Shown here: positions 26,480 to 39,775 of the stretch, piece after piece | How the letters are laid out: the number at the start of each line of letters is the position of its first letter | Position numbering within the stretch: the stretch's first letter is position 1 | Origin: Antechinus flavipes | Taxonomy: Eukaryota | DNA length: 64,000 bases | Direction: 5' to 3' | Assembly (NCBI RefSeq): GCF_016432865.1 | Contig: NC_067403.1 | Location: 245,644,001 to 245,708,000, forward strand | Made by a program: the position numbers and the translations under genes | The notes under the pieces: model-generated | The model's database searches: none | What the model was told of the DNA's origin: nothing | What the model saw: only the letters and a program-made list of their open reading frames with translations

Positions 26480-27235
26480 AAAAATGTGGGGGATTGCAGG
26501 AGTAAAGTAAAATTGGGACAATATATGTAGCACTTAACATATAATGCCAGAATGCCTTTGTTCCTATTTTTCTGTTTCCCAAATTTGAGATTATATGCCA
26601 TGCTGTGAGAACTCTATATTTAGAAAACATGGGTGGTGCAATATCAAAATCTGGCAGGGTGCTATTGAGATCAAGTATCAGAGCATAAGGGATGTGTCAG
26701 CAAAGTTGTAAGACTGAGTTGGTTTTAGAGGAGCATATTTGATTTAATAATTCTTAGGGTTAATAGGCAGAAGAGATAGAAGAAGAGCCATGGACACAGG
26801 AAAGAGAGGTCAGTATCAGTCATGGGTTGATATGTAACCCAGGAAAGGTAATGAATTATTTCTTATTATCTTGGAAAGGTGATGAATTTCTGTCTATTTT
26901 CTAGCACTATCAAGAAGGCTTCCTATACACAAGCAGCATATCTTTGTAGTAAGACAAAAAGATTACATACAAAGTGATCAATGACAAAATTGTAGTTGTC
27001 TATCTGTGTAGGTAAATTGTCATTCTAAAGTCAAAGCTCAATAGGAAGAACACATTTTTAGTTATTAATGCCTTCACCACATGGTAAAAAATTAATATAT
27101 ATGCCAAATTATATAATATTAATTAAAGGCAGGGTGCTATTGAGATCAAGTATCAGAGCATAAGGGATGTGTCAGCAAAGTTGTAAGACTGAGTTGGTTT
27201 TAGAGGAGCATATTTGATTTAATAATTCTTAGGCT
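26480..27235 (-). pseudogene. Decayed OR-like pseudogene (copy E) carrying a 106-bp internal insertion
   Basis: Collinear with copies B, C and F; translates WHIISNLGNRKIGTKAF across TM5-TM6. Confidence 0.55.
26653..27233. repeat. Perfect 106-bp direct repeat (26653-26758 / 27128-27233)
   Basis: Base-by-base identity, with 369 bp between the copies. Confidence 0.97.
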
Positions 27236-29175
27236 AGTCACTCCAGATGTGCTATAGGACTCATTCTAATGTTGAATAGATATTTCTCCCCCAGTGTTTG
27301 TATCTGTGGGGAATGGAATATGAGGGCAGTGAATAGAAGAACTTTTCCTCATGGAATGGAGACACTAATACAATAGGAAATGAAGATAATGGAGCATGTT
27401 TCTAATCCCTGATTGTTCTGAAGAGTCAAAATCACATCAAAATCATTTGTTACTGGTTAAAGATCACAAAAGGAGGTCAGCAGAAAAAAGTAACTACATA
27501 AGAAACCTAAGAAATGAAACTCAATAGCAAACTGTTTAATAAAGCTGATCACTTGATATTTGGGGTAGAGCTCCTCATTGACAAAAACTGCTGGGAAGCT
27601 AAATTATAAACTAGAATAAATGCAAAGATGAAATAATTCGGTATGAAGGAAAACATGGACAGATTGAAGTGTTAACTGCTTGAGCAGAAATTGACATAGA
27701 AGATATCACAAATACATTGAAATATTGCAGATGAAATCAAACTCTTATATTCTGTCAAATAGTTGAATGTTCATATTTAATAAAAATCTATTAAATTATG
27801 TACTTGAAAATGACAAATTACCCTCAAAATAGTCATACCACAAGTAGACATACCTGAAGATTATTATTCACTTTAAAAAAATAACATTCTAGCACTGATG
27901 AAAATATTTAAATGCTTTCAGAAGTTCTTTAAATTAGAGATTCAAGAGTGAAACAAAATGTGCTCTTTATTTTGAAACTCAGAAAATGTTTCTTGAAAGT
28001 GATCAAATGTTCTACTTATCTAAGATTGAGGCCATTTCACAAGATGCAAGGATAAATCAAATATCTACTTTCTGATACAAATAAATAAAAATTTTTGCAA
28101 AAACAAATAATTATATGTTATTGTAATACATATATATTTTAGAGAAGTAACAGCATATTTATAATAGGTCTGGCTTTTCAATCAGAAGACCTGGGTTTAT
28201 ATCATGCCTCTGACATAGGCAAATCAAATGACATCGGCATATTACTTAACTTTTAATCTCTGTGGCCTTTCAGAAGTTTTTTTATTGTTTACTTAGTAAT
28301 TTGAGATAGTGGGAAATTTTTTTTCAATTACCACATTATTAATTTCTTTACTGATAAAAGCTGACAGCAAACCTCTCCTTAACACATGTAAAAATATGTA
28401 CACACACATATTCAAACACAAACATATACACATCTTTATTTACTCTATCAAATATGAGAAAACAAAACTAAATACAACTTAGAGCAAAATTTAAAGAAAT
28501 AGAATTTTATGCTCTTTGATACAGATAAACTATATTTCTTGTCATCATTTTAGCTCTTTAAGACAAAGCCTACATGCAAATTTCTAACAGAATGACTTGA
28601 TATATTACAATTTATACATTAAAGTTTGTTCTAAAATTGAGATGTAGATTGTAGGTATGTACTGATATAATTATGTATACACAGTTAATAATAAATACAT
28701 ATATGTACTTATATATATACATATATATACTTATATAAAATATAAATTATTGTTTAACACATAAAATCATTAGATGACAAATAACAGAGATCATCATTGC
28801 TAACCTTAGTATCTCTGCCTACGTAATGATTTACATAGTAAAATCATCATGGTGCTCCAAATGCATTCATAGGAATGAAAATAGAACCCTCAAAAAAAAT
28901 AATTTCTCTGGCTTAAAAGTTTTTCAGAAACTCGGATAATCAGGTAAGTAGAAAAGTATCCAAGGGTTCTTAAGGTATGTTTAGTAATAATATTTGGACA
29001 GATAAAAAGAAGTCCTATCTTCTTGAAAATGAGATTCAGGATACAAAAAATTGTTAACATAAGAATATGGGATTTTGGTGAATGTGATTCCACTCATGGC
29101 TATGTAATTAAAAATAATTATATTACAGATAAGAATGTTGACATTGATAATGATTATAGAAACTACCTTCAAAAA

Positions 29176-29285
29176 CGTTCCCTGAGGAGATAATATGAAA
29201 TGTTGATTCCTTGGAAGATTTTCTGTTCTTTAGGGATTAAGTCTCATGAGCATCAAGAAAGCTATAATTTCTCCTCGGTGTAGAC
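29176..29285 (+). promoter_or_regulatory. Putative OR promoter block for the OR at 30987
   Basis: TTCCCTGAGGA, TTCTTTAGGGAT and TCTCATGAG O/E-like sites; homologous to the other three blocks. Confidence 0.6.
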
Positions 29286-30986
29286 AGTAGGAGAGATTAT
29301 ATAAGTGAGATGCAGCAAATTTACTGTAGATGTGACTGTAATTTTTCCCCTTTATTCCCATTTATTATAGTTGGGCTCTAAATGATAAACACATTTAGTA
29401 ATTCCTGGCTTTGGATCTAAATGTCTCCAACAGATTCCAGTGACTCCAGCTGAAAACCAGATGTCCAGGCAATTTCACTAAAGACGTTAAGAGGTGAGGC
29501 TTTTGAAGGTTGAATGAATAAAGCCACTTCTCGATTGCTAGGCTATCATTCAGGTACCTCTGTTTGGCAAGGAAGAGAAGTATTCTAATCATGAAAATTG
29601 TCAGAGCAAATTAGAGACTATACAGAACCACTTATATAGGTAGAATTTAGCTGGATAAACTCTCCACTCAGACATACTGGTTGAGGATCAACAAATGACA
29701 TTCTAGGAAGCTTCGACTCAGAGTTACAATATTCTGGCACCTTGGTAAAAAAGAAGACTTATTAATACTGATACCAATGCTATTTGATTTAAACTGATCA
29801 TGTCTGGATGACTGAACAAGTTGAGGAAGCTACATGGCAGAGTGCATAAAATCCTAGACTACAGTCTAGAACTATCTGAGTTCAAATTTATCCTCAAATA
29901 TTAATTGAATGACACTGACCAAGTTACTTAACCAGTATCTGCCTCAGCTTACTTAAATGTAAAATGGAAAGAGCCGATACATCCTAGGATTGTTTTGGGA
30001 AAAAAAAGAGTAATATTTGTAAAGGCTTAGCACAATGGCTAGAATATAGTGTCATAGAATTCCCAGGTGATTGTTATTATCTTTATAATTATAATTAAAT
30101 TAAGATTATATGTTTCACCTTGGAAGAGATGAAGTTTTATATATTTCACTCCCTAGAATTTTACCCAGGCATACTTATGCAACTGTAGATATTGGTAAAA
30201 TTAACTTAATCTTTATATATCATACTGGGGAAAGAATAGCTGACTATAAAGTAGTTCAATAATCAAATCACATATGCCTATGAAACATATATAGTTAGGA
30301 ATGAAATTTTGATGAGTCATTCTCCTAAGCTAGAATAGTTTTCACTATCAAATTCAGAGTCTACTCAAGGTTTATAAAAGAAACATTAAAAGCAATGTTC
30401 TGATAATTTTATTTATATCAGAAGACCATATCAATGTTCCCTTCTCCCTTCTATATTCAAGTTAGAGGTAATTATATATTGGATTACTTGCAGAATGGTA
30501 CATGTTTGCATCATTTTGACTATTGATGATTTCAGAGTAAAAGTTTGTTGATTTCTTTGTCATTTTTGGTAAAGTTGTAATCTCGAAATATAGAAGAAAT
30601 TCCGCATTCTCACAAGCTTAACTTTGGTCTCTTTTTTAAATAGAAAGTTGGTAGATAAAGATATGCATTGAATAGCTCCCAAACATTCAGAGTTTTCTGT
30701 TCCTTGTCATTCCATGGAATACAGAGGCATATATTATAGCATTATAATCTCCCTCAGTAACTCATCTTCTATCCAGAAAACTGTCAAAACCGGTTCTTTC
30801 CCTTATATCATCTACTTAATTAGCTATCTTCATGGATGTAGGAGTTCTTCCATGTCAATACTCTGAGATGTTAGGGAAAAGTCAATTTTTCCTTATTCAT
30901 TGACTCTGCATATCCTAAGATTGTAATGGATGATGGAACTAAGAACTCTTATAGACTTTTTATTTTCTTTCCAGATTGTTGTTTTG

Positions 30987-31946
30987 ATGGAATTCGCGGA
31001 CAAACAGAATGAAACTTTAGGTACCTCAGTGACTGAATTCATTCTCATGGGAGTCACAGATAGACCAGAGCTAAAGGCCCCACTTTTTGGTGTGTTCCTC
31101 CTCATCTACATGGTCACAGTGATGGGGAATCTGGGCATGATCATCCTAACAAAGATTGATTCTCATCTACAAACCCCCATGTACTTTTTTCTCAGGCACC
31201 TGGCATTTACTGATCTTGGTTATTCCACTGTCATTGGTCCCAAAATGCTTGTCAATTTTGTAGCAGAGAAAAATATCATTTCCTACAATTGGTGTGCAAT
31301 CCAACTAGCTTCCTTTGAGATTTTCATTATTAGTGAACTTTTCATTTTGTCAGCTATGGCTTATGATCGCTATGTGGCTATTTGTAAACCCCTCCTCTAC
31401 ACAGTCATCATGTCAGACAGGGTATGTTTGGTTCTAGTGGCCATCCCTTACCTCTATAGCACTTTTGTGTCATTGTTGGTCACAATTGAAATTTTTATCT
31501 TGTCCTTTTGCAGATCCAATGTCATCAGACATTTCTATTGTGATGGTCTTCCCTTGTTGTCCATTGTATGCTCTGACACAAGCGAAATAGAATTAATTTT
31601 TCTTATCTTTTCAGCTTTAAATTTGATTTCTTCCCTCCTAGTTGTCCTTGTTTCCTATATGCTCATTCTTGTGGCTGTCCTCAGGATGAACTCTGCTGAG
31701 GGCAGATACAAAGCCTTCTCCACCTGTGGCTCCCATCTCACTGTGGTGATTGTGTTCTATGGAACCCTTCTCTTCATGTACTTGCAGCCCAATTCTAGCC
31801 ATTCCTTTGAGACAGATAAGATGGCTTCTGTGTTTTATACCTTGGTCATACCTATGCTCAACCCATTGATCTATAGTTTGAGGAACAAAGAGGTAAAAGG
31901 TGCCCTAAAAAGAGCCCTAGCAAATCAATGTAAACTTCATATTTAA
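30987..31946 (+). CDS. Olfactory receptor, OR8K subfamily (intact)
   Basis: Full OR motif set; acceptor ttttctttccag at 30974. Confidence 0.97.
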   Translation: MEFADKQNETLGTSVTEFILMGVTDRPELKAPLFGVFLLIYMVTVMGNLGMIILTKIDSHLQTPMYFFLRHLAFTDLGYSTVIGPKMLVNFVAEKNIISYNWCAIQLASFEIFIISELFILSAMAYDRYVAICKPLLYTVIMSDRVCLVLVAIPYLYSTFVSLLVTIEIFILSFCRSNVIRHFYCDGLPLLSIVCSDTSEIELIFLIFSALNLISSLLVVLVSYMLILVAVLRMNSAEGRYKAFSTCGSHLTVVIVFYGTLLFMYLQPNSSHSFETDKMASVFYTLVIPMLNPLIYSLRNKEVKGALKRALANQCKLHI

Positions 31947-32424
31947 ACTACAATGTGCAATGGTTCCAATTGATTACCAGAAGTCAACAATTCTTTTTTT
32001 CTCCTTTGTCAATTTCTTCTGCATTCTTTTTTTTTTCTTTCTGAAAGTATCTTTCTGCTTATTCTTCCTTAAACAAAATGTACTGTTCCTTTTTGTTGTC
32101 AGTTAGAAATGTATCTTTTGGTGAGTTTAGGCACATTATTGGAAATCTAGAAAATCTGTTTGAAGATTAAGAATGGAAAGTTATGTGTATCACATTTTTA
32201 GGAAAATTTCTCTTGATCAAGTAGCAAACAGATTTCCTGATTGCTATTATTCATGTTCACTTTTATTATTTTAATTTTGTCATGTAGCCTCACACCCACA
32301 GAAGAACCCCAACCTCTGAAGTTGCAAATTTTCCAACTTAGAATGAATTTTCATTCTGCAAACATCAACATAGTACAAATTTAATTTCCATTATTTGAAA
32401 AGGCACAGCTTTGAAAAGAACAAT

Positions 32425-32480
32425 CTGTTTTTTTTTTTGTTGTTGTTGTTGTTTTGTTTGTTTGTTTGTTTGTTTGTTTT
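32425..32480. repeat. (T)n(TTG)n(TTTG)n compound repeat
   Basis: Seen directly. Confidence 0.9.
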
Positions 32481-34031
32481 TTACTTATTTTGTATTTCAG
32501 CTTTTGTATTTTGTATTTTGTATTCTGCTGGATTGGAAGTGGAAGGTGACTTTCTTTACAATTCATCAGATAGAGAAATCTCTGTATAAACTTTCAAATC
32601 ATTAAGTTTTGTATTTTCCACAATTGCCTTTTTGTTATCACCATGTATGTTCTATCTTAAATTTGATATTTCTGCTTTAGTTTTTTTTTTTTTCTCATAA
32701 ATCTGTTTTATGCTGCAGATACAGACAAGCATTTGGTTTCTTTTTGTTATCATCCCTCAATTACCTTTTTTATCATATTACTTAAGGTGGATTTCAAAGA
32801 GATCACTCAGTCACTATGTGAAGACTTCTAGCTGGGGGAGGGGGAACTCTAATATTTGTTGAATTATCTCATTCTTCATTCAAATAAAATCTTTGGTAGT
32901 TTTTCCTAGGTTGAAATCTGCTTCTTTTGAACTCCTACTCATTGCTCTTCTTAACATGAACTCAAAATCCTACAACATCCTAATTTGTCTTATCAATATA
33001 TAACTGAAATTGGAAATAATTGGAATAATTATTTATATTACATGTATCTACTGAGTCCCATGCATGGTTAAGAGAGAGTTTCTTTTTCCATTTATACAAA
33101 TATATTATGTCATCCTCACAATAGCCATATGAGGTAGATATTATGATCCCCACTCTACAGTGCCCATGTCACAGATGCTTTTCTACAAATAGAGAAATCA
33201 AAGAGTTTTATCAAGGGCATTGTTCAATAATAATATATGGATTATTTGAAGGATATTTGAAATTTGAAATCTAAGCCATACAACTCAAAATTCTCAAAAG
33301 AACAAGCTTTTTAAAAGTTGCTTCACATATCAGAAAAAGGCAAATATTTAAAAAAATAATTTTGATTCTATAATTTCAAGAACCTCATCATGATCTAGAT
33401 AGAAAAGTATTCAGTCTTTGAAAAAGCTATAAAGAGATCAGGCTATATAGAATGAAGAGATCTATGATACCCTTTTGGAGGTCACAGATATAAAGCAATT
33501 AGAAAAAAGGGATAGGAATAGGGATCATATCTGTGATTTCAAGGATTTGGAAAAATTCTGCAATAAAAATTCCTTCAAACAACAGTGATTTGGGACTTTT
33601 CTGTCAGATTGTTTTTTGAACCCAGGTTTCATCTGAAAGGACAATTCTCTGGTACATCAAATTGCCATTCATACGTGTTTTAAAATATTCTACCTTTTCT
33701 CCATATCCCATTATGAATTTTCCAAACAATGATTATACAAAATATATTTTTAAATTATCCAGGTTAGTTTGGCCTATATCTTACTCATGAAAGATCTCTT
33801 AATTTACTTTGAAGTTTATAAAATAGAACAATAATATCATTTCAGTCACAAGATATTATTTAATGTGATATAATGTGATTTGATGTAATATGATTTGATA
33901 TAATAAAAATAACTTAGATTTTAGTGGGAAAATTCCTACTCACCTTAGCCATTTCTATTCTACATCAGTTCAATTGACTAGGCAAACAATACTCAAAAAA
34001 GGCTTTTTTTTTTCAATATTATCTTCCTAAG

Positions 34032-34400
34032 ATGGAAGAAATGATTGAACAGATTGAAACTACAGGAAGTAAGATGAGTGAATTCATGTTTATGGGCATA
34101 TAATAAATTATCCTGAGCTTCATAATACCTTCATTGGGGCCTTTTTTTTCTCAGTGTTAAAGAACTTTGGAAAATATCATATTAATCAGTATTGATTGCT
34201 AGCTCTAAATTCACATGTATTTGTTTTTCTTAAGCTTGACCTTGCTTATTCCACTGTCATTGGCCCAAAAATTTTGATACGTTTCATAGTAGAAAAATAT
34301 ATAATTCCCTACCTTGGTTATACATCATATACATAGTTGTTTTTTGGTGGGGAAGCTTTTTATCAGTGGACTTTTCATCATGTCAGTTATGGCTTATTTT
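34032..34400 (+). pseudogene. OR8K-like pseudogene, 5' part only
   Basis: MEEMIEQIETTGSKMSEFMFMG, gacct..tattccactgtcattggcccaaaa, ending at SVMAY. Upstream acceptor region homologous to 60-122 and 11917-11979. Confidence 0.85.
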
Positions 34401-34412
34401 TTTTTATTACTA

Positions 34413-34615
34413 TGTTGGTTTCTAAACTGTGTGTAGCTGGATCTGTAGAAAACAGACTAAGAGACAGGTTTTTTAGAGGTCAAGTAGCAGTTTAATCAAT
34501 CACTTTCAGAGTGAGGAATACAGTTTTAAAACTGGAAGTTCTCCTGGGCATGAGACCTCTTCCTATTGCAGGAAATGTATAGAACTTTTATATACAAATA
34601 TAAGTGTTAAGGGAT
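34413..34615 (-). mobile_element. Probable LTR 3' fragment
   Basis: On the - strand: TATA-like, then ATTAAA, then terminal CA at 34413. Abuts the pseudogene break. Confidence 0.4.
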
Positions 34616-34619
34616 GGGA

Positions 34620-35640
34620 AAGGCAGATTTCAATGCAATCATTTTCAGGACAAGATTTATATTAGGAATTTATGTATGGTTCAACATAAGGAAAACTATT
34701 AACTTAGTTGATCATATCACAAAGTAAAAAAATAATAATAATCTGATTATATCAATGAATTCAGAAAAGGCTTTTGACAAAATACAGGATTTGTCCTTAT
34801 TAAAAGTATTTGAAAGCGTATGTGTGAATAGATTTTTCTTTAAAATGATAAGTGCATTTGTAAAAGCATCAGTAAGTGTTATTTGTAATGGAGATAAGAT
34901 AGAAGTCTTCTCCACAAAATTAAAAATGAAACAAAGATGCCGATTATCACCAATCTTTTTCATTGTTGTATTAGAAATATTAATAATAGCAATAAAAGAA
35001 GCAAAAGAAATTGAAGGAATCAGAATAGGCAATGAAGTAATAAAACTCTTTTTGCAGATAATATGTTGACATATTTGGAAAGTCCTAGAAATTCAACTAA
35101 AAAGATAGTTTAAAAATTAATAACGTAATAGGGTATAAAATAAACCCACATAAATTATCAATATTTCTATATATCATTAACAAAATGTTTCAAGAAGAGA
35201 CAATTAAAAAATTCCCATTTAAAATAACCATAAACAGCATAAAATACCAGAGAATATACTTGTAACACAAACTCAGAAATTATATGAAAATAATTATAAA
35301 ATGCTTTTTGTACAAATGAAATCAGATTTAAATAGGGAAATATTAACTGTTCAAGTAGGGACAGAGGCAATATAATATAAATGAAAATTCTAACTAATAT
35401 ATATTTTATTAATGCCAATCCAAAAAAATTGTCAAAAATAATTATTCTTTTAGAAAAAAAAATTAGAAAATTCACATGGAAGATTTAAAAATACTAAAGA
35501 AATTAATGGAAAAAATTAAGAAAGTTTAGCAACACTAGATTTTAAACTATCAGATATTAATCATCAAAACAACATGGTACTAAGTGAAAAATAAAAAGGT
35601 AGAGCAGTGAGACAAAATAAACATACTACTTTCAAAAGTA
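34620..35640 (+). mobile_element. Old L1 ORF2 (RT domain) fragment
   Basis: SEKAFDKIQ, KQRCRLSP (RQGCPLSP-like), LF..I (FADD region) and downstream ORF2 remnants. Confidence 0.85.
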
Positions 35641-37269
35641 AATTATGTGTAACAATTGTAAAGGTTAAACCTTCTCTAAGCCAGGGTGGGTGAGTGAGGG
35701 AGTGAAGGAGAGACATAGTTCAGAACTTAACCTGTATCCAAAAAAAAAAAAAATGAAGTGAGAAAAAAAAAAAGAGTAAAAATATCTATGATGCCATGAA
35801 CCAATTCTTTCCACTGACTAACATTTTCAAGCTATCCTAAGATAGCCCTTATGTCTTTATTTTTTCCTATTTTTATTCTTTAGTTTTCTCCAAAGCTTAT
35901 TGATATTTTTTTTTCCTGAAATGTATTCCACAAAATACAATCTTCCAAATGTGGACAGGTCAGGTCAAAAATGGCAATGTAATAACTACTTATACCAGGA
36001 TACCATCTCAACTAAATACATGTCAGGTTTCTAACTTGCTATGGATATTTGTTGAGATATATGTGTAAACAAGACCTAGAGGCAAGAATTTCCTAGACGT
36101 TTTAATGATAAATTAGGAATCCAATATTTACCTTATAAATCTAATTTTTCTTGAATTTTCTCATTTTATTCTTCTAATTTCCACCCCAGTAAGAGGACAC
36201 ATTGTTCTACATTAGACTAGAAATTTTAATTCTGCATTAATAAGTATTACAGCCTCCACTTTTGTCTTCTACAATGAAAATGGGCTTATGGAAGAGTAGA
36301 GAACAGGTGATTTAAGTAGAAAAATGGAGACTCTGACTTAAATAGAATTACATGAAGTCATGAAAAGGGAAAAAATTGTGGAACAGACTAATGATTGGTT
36401 AAGGAATATCTTCAAACATAAAGTATTAACATTATTTTCCTAAGTATTGTGCCCCTTTCAGGAAGCATTGCACCCAAATTGTGCAACATATGATTTCTCT
36501 TGGCCTGAATAGAAAGCTGAATTATTTCATTATTAATAGTTTAATTGCTTCAGTATTAGAAACCAGTGATTTTCATAATGACTTGTTTTGTTCTCCAAAC
36601 TTATCTTCATTTCAGCTACCTACCACTATAAGAATCAATCCATTTGCAGTTGCCCTCAGGCACAAGGGGTAAAAACATTCTCAGAGACCCAGCTTTCCTG
36701 AATGTATCCTTACAAGTGGCCCTAGGACAAGGCTTTTTAAAATTTTGTTTTGTTTAAATTTTGTAATGTTTCTATATGAATGGATTATTTTAGAGTAGGG
36801 AGAATAATAATAAATGCCTTCATTATATTTATTTTAAGAGGGGTCTAGTAATGTTAGTGGAAAATAATGAATAAAAGTAGTTTATTACCCAGTTTTAGGC
36901 AAGATTTGAAAGAAGTTTTTCCAAATATAAGTCCAGCTCTTTATACTCGATCCCCTACACTAACTTGCTTCTCCATTTGTGGTTATCCTATGATTCAATG
37001 TAACCATAATAATCATCTGCCAGGTGAATGATCAGCTCGTTAAGGAAATATCTGGTAAGAATCTATCAACAATGACTGAGAGATACTTCTATGATTGTCA
37101 TAGAATATCTTATTTCCATTTTATTTATAGAGTTATACAATAGAATCATTCTTTGACTCATAGAGGATAACTTCCTCTCGGCATATAAAATGGAGATTTT
37201 AATCAGTTTTTTTCATGAGCAGTAAACCATCTGCATTGTTAAATTGAAAATAAAAGCAGGAATGGAATC

Positions 37270-37990
37270 ATTATCAGGGATCTTGTGGGACTTCAAAAGT
37301 GGAAAGTAACACGTGGAAAAAATATGCAGGATATAGTGCCAGGATGCCTTCATTTTGGTGCATTGCTTTTCAGATTTGAGATGATATGCCATGATGTGAA
37401 AATTCTACACTTGGAAAAACTATGAATGATACAGTCCCAGAATCTGAGATATATTGGGAATCACAGGAAGGAGGGATATATTTTTTTTTTAAAATGGGTT
37501 GGAGGAAGAGAATAAAAAGCCCATAGACAAAGGATAATTTCATTGAAAAACATAAATGTTAATATCAGTCAAAGCCTGAGTTATCACACAGAAAAGGAAA
37601 TGAATCATTTCTGTCCATTGTCTATTACTATACTACCCACAAGGTATCATATGCATAAGTAGCACCTATCTGTGGTAAGACAACAATATTAGGGTAAAAA
37701 AAAATCAGTTATAGAATTATACCTGTGTATTTGGAGAATTGAGTTGATATTCTAAATTTAAAATTCAATGGGAAGAATACATTTTTTTAGAAATCAATGC
37801 CTCCATAATTTCATGTGAAAGGAACAGTAATTTACACCCAAAAATTCATACAGTATTAAAAAAATATAGGGTTTCATTAAAATGTGGATAACAGAGATTA
37901 TTAATAAGCATTGATTTACTTTAATATAAACAAAAGTGTTAGTACAATTCTGAAGCTGCGCTTGTTTAAGAGGATTACACACCTTAGGCT
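37270..37990 (-). pseudogene. Decayed OR-like pseudogene (copy F)
   Basis: Collinear with copies B, C and E; YAYD and SWHIISNLK remnants. Confidence 0.55.
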
Positions 37991-38524
37991 GGTCACCCTA
38001 TGATATGATCTAGATCTGTGATCTACATCTCATTCCAATGTTGAGTAGATTTTCCCCCAACATTTATTTCTGTGAAGGATAGGGCATGAACAGGTAGCTC
38101 TATCACCTTGAATGGTGGCATTATTACAATAGGATATGAAGAGAAAGGAACACATGTCTGGTCCCACATTCTTCTGGAGAGCCAAAATCATCAAATCCAT
38201 TCATCAGTGGTTAAAAAATACAAATACAAAAAGAGTTCAGCACAAAAGAGTAGTTATGCAAGAATCATAAGAAATTGAACTACTGGCTATTGAGATAGCT
38301 AATTCTTTGATAAAGCTGATAAGTTGATACTTGGGCAACAAATCTAGTGGAAGTACCACAAAGCATTTTGGCATATATTAGGTAGAAACTAACATTTTAA
38401 AATATGTACCATAATAAATGCAAAAGTAATACATATCTTGAATGTAAAATGGTAGTGCCATTAAAAAACAGAAAAGAAAGAACAAGTAAATGAATGAACA
38501 AAGTCATTTTTAAAATTAAACATA

Positions 38525-39775
38525 TATATAGATAATTTTTTATCATTAATCCTTGCAAAATCTTGTGTTCTAATTCCCTCCTCTTCCCCCAACTCCTCCT
38601 CCAGATGGCAAGTAATCCAATATATGATAAACATAGTAAAAATATAGGTTAAATTTAATATATGCATATATATTATAAAATAACATGTTTGCAGAAGAAA
38701 ATTTAAATAAAAAATGAGAAAGTAAAATGCAAGCAAACAACAAAAAAGTGAAAATGCTAGGTTGTGATCCACACTCTGTTCCCACAGTCCTATCTATGGG
38801 TATAGGCAGCACTCTTCATCACAAGATCATTGGAACTGGCCTGAATCATCTCATTATTGAAAAGAACCACTTCCATAAGAATTGATCATAATATAATCTG
38901 GTTGTTGTTATGTACAATGATCCCGTAGTTCTTCTCATTTCACTTAGCATCATTTCATGTAAATCTCTCCATGCCTCTCTGAAATCATCCTGCTGATTGT
39001 TTCTTACAAAACAGTAATATTTCATAACATTCGTGTACATTACTTATTCAGCCATTTCCCAACTGATGGGCACCTATTCAATTTCCAGTTTCTTGCCACC
39101 ATGAAAAGCCCATGAAAAGGGCTGCCACAAACATTTTTGCACATGTGGGTCCTTTTCCCTCCTTTACGATATCTTTGGAATATAAGCCCAGTAGAAACAC
39201 AATTGGATCAAAAGGTATGCACAGTTTGATAACTCTTTGGGGATAGTTTCTAATTGCTTTCCAGAATGGTTGGATCCATTCACAATTCCACTAACAATGT
39301 ATTTGTGTTCCAATTTTCTCACACCCCCTCCACCATTCCTAACAATCTTTTTCCTGCCATCTAATCAATCTGAGAGGTGTGTAGTGGTATCTAGAGTTGT
39401 CTTAATTTGCATTTCTCTGATCAATAGTGATTTAGAACACCTTTTCATATGACTAGAAATGGTTTTAAGTTCTTTATTTGAAAATTTGTCATATTCTTTG
39501 ACCATTTACAATTAGATTTGAGTCAATTCTCTATATATTTTAAAAATGAGGCCTTTATCAGAACCCTTGAAAATGTTTTCCCAGTTTATAGCTCCCCTTC
39601 TAATCTTGTCTGCATTAGTTTTGTTTGTATAAAAACTTTTTTAACTTAATAAATAACATTATCTATTTGGTATTCTATAATGATCTCCAGTTCTTTGTTC
39701 AAAAATTCCTTCCTCCTCCACAAACCTGAGAGATAAACTGTCTAATGTTCTTCTAATTTGTTTATAATATCATGA
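38525..39775 (-). mobile_element. 5'-truncated L1 (3' ORF2 plus 3'UTR)
   Basis: Reverse-strand YCFVRNNQQDDFREAWRDLHE and typical 3'UTR. Confidence 0.9.

Noticed and set aside
32381-32605. Low-complexity ORFs
   Set aside because: Produced by the T/TTG/TTTG repeat.
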